Source: an uncultured Lachnospiraceae bacterium (GTDB taxonomy: Bacteria > Bacillota > Clostridia > Christensenellales > UBA1242). From it: 49,568 bases of DNA. A program made the translations under genes and the position numbers. Of the stretch, positions 25,052 to 32,946 are shown one piece after another; the first letter of the stretch is position 1, and each line of letters opens with the position of its first letter. The notes below the pieces were generated by a model, which made no database searches, had not been told where the DNA came from, and saw only the letters and a program-made list of their open reading frames with translations. The stretch spans positions 1 through 49,568 of the forward strand of contig CAYOEW010000002.1 of assembly GCA_964403245.1 (NCBI GenBank). The letters are read 5' to 3'.

Positions 25052-26446
25052 ATGGAAGAAAACAAAAATTTGACTATGGACAAAATTGTTAATCTTGCAA
25101 AGACAAGAGGTTTTGTTTATCCGGGAAGCGAAATCTATGGCGGACTCGCAAACAGTTGGGACTATGGCCCAATCGGGAGCGAATTGAAAAAGAATATCAA
25201 AGACCTTTGGTGGAAAAGATTTGTTCATGAAAATGAATACAACACAGGAATTGATGCTGCAATCATCATGAACCCAAAAGTTTGGCAAGCAAGTGGACAC
25301 CTTGCTGGTTTTTCTGACCCGCTCATCGACTGCAAAGAGTGTAAAACTCGTCACAGAGCCGACCATTTGGTTGAAGAATATGTCAAAGAACACAACCTTG
25401 ACATTATTGTCGGAGAGATGAAAAATGAAGATTTTGAAAAATTCATCACCGAAAATCATGTAAAATGTCCAAAATGTGGCAAAAGCAATTTTACTGGTCT
25501 TCGCAATTTCAATTTGATGTTCAAAACATTTATGGGTGTCACAGAAGACGCAAAGAGTGAAGTTTATCTTCGTCCTGAAACAGCGCAGGCAATGTTTGTT
25601 GATTACAAAAACGTTGTAAGAACTCAAAGACCAAAAATGCCGTTTGGAATTGCTCAAATGGGAAGAAGTTTCAGAAACGAAATCACACCAGGGAACTTTA
25701 TTTTCAGAACTCGTGAATTTGAACAGATGGAACTTGAATTTTTCTGCAAACCTGGAACAGACCTTGAATGGTTTGCTTATTACAAAGAGCAGATGAGAAA
25801 TTGGCTCTATGACCTTGGCATCAAGAAGGAAAATTTGAGAGAAAGAGATCACTCACCTGAAGAACTTTGTTTTTACAGTAAAGCAACTTGCGACTTCGAG
25901 TTTTTATTCCCATTTGGTTGGGGTGAACTTTGGGGAATTGCAGACAGAACAGATTATGACCTGACACAACATCAAAAATTCAGCGGAGAAAACATGGAAT
26001 ACATCGACCCAATAACAAACGAAAAGTTCATTCCATATGTCGTTGAACCTGCTTTGGGCGTTGACAGAATGTTTTTAACGGTGCTTTGCAACGCATATGA
26101 TGAAGAAGTGATTGGCGAAAATGACACAAGAGTTGTTTTACATTTGATTCCTGCTCTTGCACCATATAAGGTTGCTGTGCTTCCACTTTCAAAGAAACTT
26201 TCCGACAAAGCAAAAGAAGTATACAGAAATCTTTCAAAAGAATTTAATTGTGATTATGATGAATCTGGTTCAATCGGAAAACGTTATCGCCGTGAAGACG
26301 AAATCGGCACTCCTTTCTGTGTGACAATTGATTTTGACACCCTTGAAAACAACACTGTGACAGTCCGTGACCGCGACACAATGCAACAAATCAGACTTCC
26401 AATTAACGAATTGGAAAGTTATATTTCAAAAGCAATCAAATTTTGA
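25052..26446 (+). CDS. glyQS: glycine--tRNA ligase (homodimeric class II type)
   Basis: [42 protein letters not shown]... and an [25 protein letters not shown] class II motif; about 464 aa. ATG 25052 follows GAAGGA. The TTG at 24992 in the ORF track is unlikely to be the start. Confidence 0.92.
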   Translation: MEENKNLTMDKIVNLAKTRGFVYPGSEIYGGLANSWDYGPIGSELKKNIKDLWWKRFVHENEYNTGIDAAIIMNPKVWQASGHLAGFSDPLIDCKECKTRHRADHLVEEYVKEHNLDIIVGEMKNEDFEKFITENHVKCPKCGKSNFTGLRNFNLMFKTFMGVTEDAKSEVYLRPETAQAMFVDYKNVVRTQRPKMPFGIAQMGRSFRNEITPGNFIFRTREFEQMELEFFCKPGTDLEWFAYYKEQMRNWLYDLGIKKENLRERDHSPEELCFYSKATCDFEFLFPFGWGELWGIADRTDYDLTQHQKFSGENMEYIDPITNEKFIPYVVEPALGVDRMFLTVLCNAYDEEVIGENDTRVVLHLIPALAPYKVAVLPLSKKLSDKAKEVYRNLSKEFNCDYDESGSIGKRYRREDEIGTPFCVTIDFDTLENNTVTVRDRDTMQQIRLPINELESYISKAIKF

Positions 26447-26577
26447 TTGAATGGCATAAAAAATTTTTGAAAAACATATATTTAATTGAGTTTAAATTGT
26501 TGACATTCCAAAAAAATATGACTAAAATTAGAGTGTAACAATCAAATTACAAATTTTATTTAAAAGGAGAAACAAAA

Positions 26578-26799
26578 ATGGCTAAAAAATCAGATTACTT
26601 TGGTTTGGATTTCATCGTAAGTCTTATTCTTGCAATCATTCCAGTAACTTCATGGCTTTGCGGAGCAATCACAAGAATCCAAGAAGGAAAAATTGTTGCC
26701 GGCATTTTGAGATTGGTTCTTGGCTTCAACATCATCTGGATCTGCGACCTTGTTCTTATGATTACAAACAAGCACATTTTAAGACTTTTGGATTGCTAA
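26578..26799 (+). CDS. small membrane protein (73 aa, two TM helices)
   Basis: AAAGGAG RBS. The promoter TTGACA, 17 nt, TAAAAT lies about 50 nt upstream, and a terminator follows directly. Confidence 0.6.
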   Translation: MAKKSDYFGLDFIVSLILAIIPVTSWLCGAITRIQEGKIVAGILRLVLGFNIIWICDLVLMITNKHILRLLDC

Positions 26800-26812
26800 A
26801 TCGCAACAAAAA

Positions 26813-26842
26813 AATAATCTCTATTTTGGAGATTATTTTTTT
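26813..26842. terminator. bidirectional intrinsic terminator between convergent genes
   Basis: AATAATCTC, 7-nt loop, GAGATTATT, flanked by an A-run and a T-run. Confidence 0.7.
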
Positions 26843-26845
26843 ATT

Positions 26846-28141
26846 TTACTTTTTTATATCTTCTGTTTTCATGAGTTGTTCAGCATTGTTTGATGCATTA
26901 TGTTTAATCGGTTTCCATTCAACTTTTTTGAAAATTGCGGAGTATGTAAGTGGAATAAGAGTAATCATAAACAATGGATAAGCAAACATTGAGAGAATTT
27001 TTCTGAAAGGCTTTGCTTTGATTCTTTTCCAATCTTTCAAAACTGCAAGTGAGCCATACACAAACATTCCAGCATAAACCGACAAAAATAATGACACAAA
27101 ACTGATTGCAAGTGAGCCAAGTTGAGCCAAAACTGACGCCCCGCCCAAAATCAGAAAAATGCTTTTGACTGTTTTGATGAGTTGAACAAGAAGAGCATAA
27201 CTTGTCGAGAGCATTGGAAGGGGTGAAAGCGTGATGAACATGTCATAAAATCCAAAATTCAATCGTCTGAAAAATTGAAGAATCATGCGAAGTCCCAACG
27301 CCCCAAAAACCTGATATCCACCTTTTTGCCATCTCATGCGTTGACGATAAGTCTGTTTCCAAGTTGCAGGCTGTTCATCATAAAAAACTGCGTCATCACA
27401 ATATGCAATTTTATATCCCGCGATTGCTTTGTCGCAAGAAAATTCAAGGTCTTCGGTGATTTTTTTATATTTCCATCCATCGCTTGGATTTATCACTTCG
27501 CTTGACATCAAAAATCCCGTCCCGCTGATGTGTGTTGACAAATTAAAGAAATTTCTTGGACCATGAGTAAATCTGCATTCTCTGATGAAACCAATTGACG
27601 CTCCCATTGACCAAAGACTTTCATCAAAGTTTTTCGAAGCACGATATGATGTTATGATTTTTTCTCCGCTGTCAAACGCTTTGTTCATTTCTTTGATGTA
27701 ATTCTTTTCCAAAATGTTGTCTGCGTCAAACACAAAAAATCCGTCTGGATGATAGTCAGGAAATTTTTCCGCAATCCCGCGAAGCAATAAATCGAGAGCG
27801 TATCCTTTTCCAATTTTTGTCAAGTCATGTCTTTCAAACACATCTGCTCCCATTGATCTTGCAATTTCAGCAGTTTTGTCACCTTCCGAGCAGTTGTCAG
27901 CGCAAACAAAAATCCTTAATTTTGATTGATCATAATCTTGTCTTTTAATACTTTCAATAAGTTGTCCAATAACCGCTTCTTCATTTCTTCCCGCAATCAA
28001 AATGCCATATGTGTGATCTTCTTTTGCAGGTCCATATTTCTTTTTATAAAAAAATCCAACAATCACATACACAATTTGATATAAAACCAAAACTGATGCA
28101 AGAGTTGTAAGAATGATGTTGATGACTCCCCAAATACTCAT
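26846..28141 (-). CDS. membrane-embedded processive family-2 glycosyltransferase (polysaccharide synthase-like)
   Basis: One N-terminal TM helix; the GT-A core has FVFDADNIL (DxD) and QRMRWQKGG (Q..RW); C-terminal TM bundle. ATG 28141 has GGGAG 6 nt upstream. The ORF-track start at 28168 falls inside the -10 box. Confidence 0.85.
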   Translation of the reverse strand: MSIWGVINIILTTLASVLVLYQIVYVIVGFFYKKKYGPAKEDHTYGILIAGRNEEAVIGQLIESIKRQDYDQSKLRIFVCADNCSEGDKTAEIARSMGADVFERHDLTKIGKGYALDLLLRGIAEKFPDYHPDGFFVFDADNILEKNYIKEMNKAFDSGEKIITSYRASKNFDESLWSMGASIGFIRECRFTHGPRNFFNLSTHISGTGFLMSSEVINPSDGWKYKKITEDLEFSCDKAIAGYKIAYCDDAVFYDEQPATWKQTYRQRMRWQKGGYQVFGALGLRMILQFFRRLNFGFYDMFITLSPLPMLSTSYALLVQLIKTVKSIFLILGGASVLAQLGSLAISFVSLFLSVYAGMFVYGSLAVLKDWKRIKAKPFRKILSMFAYPLFMITLIPLTYSAIFKKVEWKPIKHNASNNAEQLMKTEDIKK

Positions 28142-28166
28142 GATAATCTCCCAAATTTCCAAAGGC

Positions 28167-28196
28167 ATTATACATGAAACGGGGGGGTAGTGTCAA
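28167..28196 (-). promoter_or_regulatory. consensus promoter of the GT2 gene with a homopolymer in the spacer
   Basis: Minus strand: TTGACA, CTACCCCCCCGTTTCATG (18 nt), TATAAT, then 19 nt including GGGAG before the ATG. Confidence 0.6.
28181..28187. repeat. G7/C7 homopolymer tract
   Basis: GGGGGGG on the plus strand. It is the longest G/C run I found in this AT-rich window; the others are 5 nt or shorter. Confidence 0.95.
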
Positions 28197-28329
28197 GACT
28201 TATAATCAAAAATGCTCGATTTTTGTCGATTTTTTGCATTTTTTTTACATTTTTTATCAAAATTTTTAACAAAAAAATTATTTTTTGATATTTTTTATCA
28301 ATTTCCACACAATATTTTTGGAGGGAAAA

Positions 28330-28503
28330 ATGAAAGACGAAAAATGCAATTGTGGTGTGAGATGCAATGTCAACGAATGTGTTTTCAATGAATGTGGAAG
28401 CAAATGCAACAAAGAAACAATCGACATCTCAAAGGGAACAAACGAACCACTTGAAGATGGCGACCAACCACACTACTGCAAAAGTTTTAAAAGTAAAAAC
28501 TAA
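28330..28503 (+). CDS. small Cys-rich protein, DUF1540-like (57 aa)
   Basis: GGAGGG RBS. MKDEKCNCGVRCNVNECVFNECGSKCNKETIDIS has the C..C.V..C.....C....I pattern I associate with DUF1540. Confidence 0.55.
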   Translation: MKDEKCNCGVRCNVNECVFNECGSKCNKETIDISKGTNEPLEDGDQPHYCKSFKSKN

Positions 28504-28507
28504 AAAA

Positions 28508-28545
28508 AAGACAGCATTGAAACCTAAAAAATGCTGTCTTTTTTT
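28508..28545. terminator. bidirectional intrinsic terminator
   Basis: AAGACAGCAT, 13-nt loop, ATGCTGTCTT, flanked by A8 and T7. It overlaps the last codons of the minus-strand gene. Confidence 0.7.
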
Positions 28546-29246
28546 GTGAGAAACGTCCAACCAAGCAATGTTCGGAAAAACACCGCCCAATATGTCAATC
28601 TTGCACTATCCAAAAATTCTTTTGCAAGAGAAAGTTCTTTGTCTGACAAAATTTCTTTCATAAATTCCACCGCTTTTTTTGAAGCGTCTTTTTCAATTTG
28701 CACTTCCCGATATTTCATGAAAAGCGAAAGCAAAAACAACAAAAGTCCAACTCCCAAAAATCCAAGTCCAACAAAAAGCCAAATTTGTTCTGAAAGAATG
28801 TTGAAAACATTGAGAAGACTGAGCACAATCCCTGCCAACACAGCTGGCATAAAGAAAAACCCGCAAATTTTGACGCGATATCGAAGTGACCAATGTTTTT
28901 TGAGTTTGTCACCTTCAAAATCTTGTTTTGCATGACCAAGTTCGTGTGAAACAATCGCAACAGAGGTAATGTTGCTGGAATACATTGTTTCTCTTGAAAG
29001 TGCGACAACGCCAGAACTGTAATGATCTTTGAATTTTTCACAACTTGCAATTTTGAGTCTTCCCCCAAAATGACGTTTGTTGATTTCTTGCACATATTCA
29101 AGAGTGTTTGTTTGATATGAAAGAGAAATTTTTGAATTTTCTTGATATTTCTCCATGAAATTTTCGGCAGAAAAACTTGCCACAGCAAGCGCGAAGCAAA
29201 GAAGTAAAACAAAAACAATCACAACTGCAATCACAACATATGTCAT
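28524..29246 (-). CDS. membrane zinc metallopeptidase, YugP-like
   Basis: N-terminal TM helix, HELGHA zinc motif (VAIVSHELGHAKQD) and two C-terminal TM helices; about 240 aa. Confidence 0.75.
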   Translation of the reverse strand: MTYVVIAVVIVFVLLLCFALAVASFSAENFMEKYQENSKISLSYQTNTLEYVQEINKRHFGGRLKIASCEKFKDHYSSGVVALSRETMYSSNITSVAIVSHELGHAKQDFEGDKLKKHWSLRYRVKICGFFFMPAVLAGIVLSLLNVFNILSEQIWLFVGLGFLGVGLLLFLLSLFMKYREVQIEKDASKKAVEFMKEILSDKELSLAKEFLDSARLTYWAVFFRTLLGWTFLTKKDSIF

Positions 29247-29252
29247 GCCTAT

Positions 29253-29281
29253 ATTATATATGAAAAAGAAAATTTAATCAA
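29253..29281 (-). promoter_or_regulatory. near-consensus promoter positioned for a leaderless transcript
   Basis: Minus strand: TTGATT, 17 nt, TATAAT, then ATAGGC, then ATG (29246). No SD. Confidence 0.55.
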
Positions 29282-29324
29282 CTTTTATGTCGCAACATGC
29301 AAATTTTGTCACACAAATTCACCT

Positions 29325-31220
29325 TTATGTCAACAAAAGCACAGTGTCACCTTTGTTAAGTTTTGTGCCTGCCGGCGGAAGTTGTTCTTTGATGATTCCA
29401 CCATTTCCGTCAATTTCATAGTTAAGCCCAAGAGTTTTAAGTTTTGCAACCGCATCCGCAAGGCTGTATCCTGTCACCTGTGGCATCAAAACTTCTTCCA
29501 AAACAACACTCGCATCATCTTTTGGAATGTCATATAACTCAAACAAATTTGTGAAAAACTCCTTCCCATATGGCGCTGCAACAAGCGAGCCATAATATGC
29601 TCCGGCGCTTGGTTCATCAACCATAATCATAAAAAGATATTCCGGATTGTCGGCAGGATACGTCCCGATGAATGACGAAATATATTTTCCCTGCGCAATT
29701 CGACCATTTTCGTCATATTTTTGCGCCGTTCCTGTCTTGCCACCAATATTGTATCCTTCAACAAACGAATAATCCACTTTTTTGTTTTCTGCTTTTTGAA
29801 GAAGCATGTTGAGTGTCTTGCTTGTCTTTTGCGACAAAATCCTTTTTTCGCTGGATGAAGGTGTGTATTGGATTTCTCCATTCACATCAGTCACATTTTT
29901 GATGATTGTTGGAGTTTTGTATATTCCTCCGTTTGTAAGTCCTGCAACAATTGAAAGAAGTTGGATTGGCGTGACAGCAATTGCATGACCAAAACCCATT
30001 CTCGCCAAATCAACATTCTTCACATTTGATTTTGACATGACAATCCCCGCACTTTCACCTTTGATTGTGATGCCGGTCTTTTGCCCTATGCCAAATTTTT
30101 GCATATATTCATAAAATCTGTCAACACCCAAACGAAGCGCAAGGTCCATGAAACAGCAGTTACACGAATTTGCAAACGCTTCTGCAAGCGTCTGACTTCC
30201 ATGTCCAATTGAACGCCAACATTTGATTTTTTGCCCATCCACCATGCGATATCCGGGGCAATAAAAGTGGTCATCAAGAGAAGTTACCCCTTCTTCAAGC
30301 GCGGCGGCAATTGTCAATATTTTGAAGGTTGACCCCGGTTCATATGTGTCTGTGACAGCCTTCATTTTGGATTGTTCAAAAAGTGCGTAAAGGTCATCCC
30401 TTGGAACATCATTAAGGTCAAAACTCGGCTTTGAGGATATCGCCAAGATTTCGCTTGTTTTTGCATCCATGACAATCCCTGTCACACCTTTCGCCTTTTG
30501 CTCTTCATACGCTTTTTTCAAGACTTGTTCCAACAAAATTTGAATTTTGCTGTTTGCTGTCAATTTGACATCACAACCCGCAATCCCATTCACATAATAT
30601 CTGATTGTTCCGCCAATTTCTTTTCCTTGCAGGTCGCTTTGAACATAACTGTATCCGTCAATTCCTGTCAGATATTCATCAAGATATGCTTCCAAACCCG
30701 CCTGGCCAACATTGTCGATTGATGTAAACCCCAAAATTTGCGTAAGCAAGTCGCCATAGACATAATATCTTCCGACATTTTCTGTCAAATAAACGCCATC
30801 AAGTTGTTTGTCATAGATTTCTTGTGCAATGTCATCTTCAATCTGCATTTTCAACAAAACTTCCGAAATGTTTTTCTTTGAAACCTTCTCCAAAGTTTTT
30901 TCGGCGTCAAGTTCCAAAATTTCAGCAAGGACCTTTGCTGTTTTTTCTGCATCTTTGACTTCGCGTCCGCGCACATAGACGTCATAAGTTGTGTAACTCA
31001 CAGCCAAGGTGTCGCCTGTGCAATCAATAAACTTTCCACGCGGTGCGGTCATTTTCAAGTCCCTCGTCCACTGGTCTGTCGCACGTTGTTGCAGATTTTT
31101 TCCGTTTATTATCTGAACAACAAAAAGCCTTACACCAAGGCTACAAAAGATGAATATCAAAACAAGCAAAATCGCTTTTATTCTCTTTTGCAACGATGCT
31201 AATGTGTAAGGCTTTTGCAA
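29325..31220 (-). CDS. class B penicillin-binding protein (FtsI/PBP2B-type transpeptidase) with a C-terminal PASTA domain
   Basis: Motifs STFK (EPGSTFKI), SCN (ANSCNC) and KTGTA. The PASTA-like tail is VLMPQVTGYSLADAVAKLKTLGLNYEIDGNG. GGAGG lies 5 nt before TTG 31220, just after the upstream stop; the TTG start is inferred. Confidence 0.88.
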   Translation of the reverse strand: MQKPYTLASLQKRIKAILLVLIFIFCSLGVRLFVVQIINGKNLQQRATDQWTRDLKMTAPRGKFIDCTGDTLAVSYTTYDVYVRGREVKDAEKTAKVLAEILELDAEKTLEKVSKKNISEVLLKMQIEDDIAQEIYDKQLDGVYLTENVGRYYVYGDLLTQILGFTSIDNVGQAGLEAYLDEYLTGIDGYSYVQSDLQGKEIGGTIRYYVNGIAGCDVKLTANSKIQILLEQVLKKAYEEQKAKGVTGIVMDAKTSEILAISSKPSFDLNDVPRDDLYALFEQSKMKAVTDTYEPGSTFKILTIAAALEEGVTSLDDHFYCPGYRMVDGQKIKCWRSIGHGSQTLAEAFANSCNCCFMDLALRLGVDRFYEYMQKFGIGQKTGITIKGESAGIVMSKSNVKNVDLARMGFGHAIAVTPIQLLSIVAGLTNGGIYKTPTIIKNVTDVNGEIQYTPSSSEKRILSQKTSKTLNMLLQKAENKKVDYSFVEGYNIGGKTGTAQKYDENGRIAQGKYISSFIGTYPADNPEYLFMIMVDEPSAGAYYGSLVAAPYGKEFFTNLFELYDIPKDDASVVLEEVLMPQVTGYSLADAVAKLKTLGLNYEIDGNGGIIKEQLPPAGTKLNKGDTVLLLT

Positions 31221-31222
31221 AA

Positions 31223-31894
31223 TTAACCTCCAAACAAACCACCTATGAAATTGCAAAGTCGGTCAAACCAATTTGTTTTCTCTCCAACATCTCCCGCATT
31301 AAGTTCTTCTTCGGGATATGTTTCCAAAAACTCCATTCCTGTCTTTGTTGTGTCAAGATTTGCGATATTTTTCAAATATTTCGCAAGATTGAGATTGTAT
31401 GTTTCGTCAATTTGGAAATAATTCGCACTCATATTGTCAATGACAACTGCATTTGTCACACAAATCACACCACCAACTGCAAGTGCGCAAGCAAGTGCAA
31501 TTCCAACTGCTTTCTTGTTTGTTTTCTTGCTGGATTTTTTCTTTGTTTGACCTTTCTGTTTGAGTTTTACAACTTTTTTCTCTTCCGCAATCAAATCATA
31601 GTTCGGTTTTTCAATTGTTTTCTGACTTTCTTGTTGAGCAGAAATTTCAACCTTCTCATATTGTTTTTCAATCAATTCTTCTTTTTCTTCAAGAAATTGT
31701 TGAGTGACTTTTTCTTCTTCGGCTTTTTTCACATCCCCGATTGTCTTGTTTTCAAGAGAATTGAGATATTCTGTCTGAATTTGCGGTTCGTGAGAAATCT
31801 CAACAGGAATTTTTGTTTCCTGCACAGGAACAACCTTCACCTTTGGTCTCTCAATTTTTGTTTCAGTTTCTGCATCCATGACAAGTCTGTCCAT
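31223..31894 (-). CDS. bitopic membrane protein in the FtsL position of the dcw cluster
   Basis: AAAGGAG RBS. It has a ~130-aa E/K-rich cytoplasmic region, a single TM helix (AVGIALACALAVGGVICVTNAVV) and a ~70-aa external tail. The FtsL assignment is by position only. Confidence 0.45.
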   Translation of the reverse strand: MDRLVMDAETETKIERPKVKVVPVQETKIPVEISHEPQIQTEYLNSLENKTIGDVKKAEEEKVTQQFLEEKEELIEKQYEKVEISAQQESQKTIEKPNYDLIAEEKKVVKLKQKGQTKKKSSKKTNKKAVGIALACALAVGGVICVTNAVVIDNMSANYFQIDETYNLNLAKYLKNIANLDTTKTGMEFLETYPEEELNAGDVGEKTNWFDRLCNFIGGLFGG

Positions 31895-31931
31895 ATATTA
31901 TATTTTTCTCCTTTGTTGGATATTCAAACAA

Positions 31932-32870
31932 TCAAATTTTTTCGACAATTCGAAGTTTTGCACATGTGCTTCGGCTGTTGTCTTTTTTCTCCTGTTCACT
32001 TGCAACAATTGGTTTTCTGGAAACAAGTTTCACACTCGCCCTGTGTTCACAAATGCAAATTGGAGTCTTTGGTGGACATATGCAATCTGTGGAAAGGAGT
32101 TTGAAAACATTTTTTGCAATTCTGTCTTCCAAACTGTGAAAAGTAAGCACGCATCCCCGTCCGCCAACTTTCAAAAGTTTGGTCATTTCTTCAAAGAAAA
32201 CATCAAGTCCGCCCAGTTCGTCATTCACAAAAATTCTTATTGCTTGAAATACTTTTTTTGAAGCACCACCACGCGAGAAAACCACTTTTTTTGGAATGCT
32301 GTTTTCAATTATTTCTTTGAGTTGGAAAGTTGTTTCAACTTCTCCATTTTCTCTTTCTTTGATGATGTTTTTTGCGATTACTCTTGCAAACTCTTCTTCT
32401 CCATATGTTTGAAAAATCCAAACAAGTTTGTCATAATCAAAATTGTTTACAACATCGCGCGCCGTCTGAACATTTTCACTTCTGTCCATTCTCATGTCAA
32501 GCGGTCCGTCATGAACAAAAGAAAACCCACGATTTCCTTCGTCAATTTGATATGAACTCACTCCCAAATCGACCAAAAAGCCGTCAATTCCTTGCGGGGC
32601 AACTGTTTGAAGATATGCAGGAGCATCTTTATAGTTTGATTTAACAAAAGTCACCTTGTCCAAAAACGGTTTGAGAGTTTCTTTTGCTTTTTTAAGCGCG
32701 TCTTCATCGCGGTCAAAAGCATACAGATGTCCTGTTGTCAAACGCGATGCAATTTCAAAAGAATGTCCACCGCCTCCAACTGTGCAGTCGACATATATGC
32801 CATCTTGCTTGATATTAAGCCCATCAATCACTTCATTCAGCATTACGGGAATGTGTTTGAATTCCATCAT
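31932..32870 (-). CDS. rsmH: 16S rRNA (cytosine1402-N4)-methyltransferase
   Basis: MMEFKHIPVMLNEVIDGL..YVDCTVGGGGHS...DLGVSSYQ...FHSLEDR, as expected for MraW/RsmH. The start is taken at the conserved N-terminus (32870), not at the ORF-track 32981. Confidence 0.9.
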   Translation of the reverse strand: MMEFKHIPVMLNEVIDGLNIKQDGIYVDCTVGGGGHSFEIASRLTTGHLYAFDRDEDALKKAKETLKPFLDKVTFVKSNYKDAPAYLQTVAPQGIDGFLVDLGVSSYQIDEGNRGFSFVHDGPLDMRMDRSENVQTARDVVNNFDYDKLVWIFQTYGEEEFARVIAKNIIKERENGEVETTFQLKEIIENSIPKKVVFSRGGASKKVFQAIRIFVNDELGGLDVFFEEMTKLLKVGGRGCVLTFHSLEDRIAKNVFKLLSTDCICPPKTPICICEHRASVKLVSRKPIVASEQEKKDNSRSTCAKLRIVEKI

Positions 32871-32946
32871 ATAAGAATAATAACACAAAATTCGAGAAAA
32901 TAAAACAAAAAAGCCACCTTTTCGGGTGACTTTCTTATCTTTTTCC

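Noticed and set aside
25007-25852. 281-aa minus-strand ORF
   Set aside because: It is antisense to the well-supported glyQS gene and has a low-complexity F/K/S composition.
28142-28168. Nine-codon N-terminal extension of the GT2 ORF (MPLEIWEII)
   Set aside because: It would start inside the -10 hexamer. The GGGAG RBS serves the downstream ATG at 28141.
31196-32104. 302-aa plus-strand ORF
   Set aside because: It is antisense to the PBP start, the FtsL-position gene and the rsmH 3' end, and it is an F/L/C/N low-complexity sequence.
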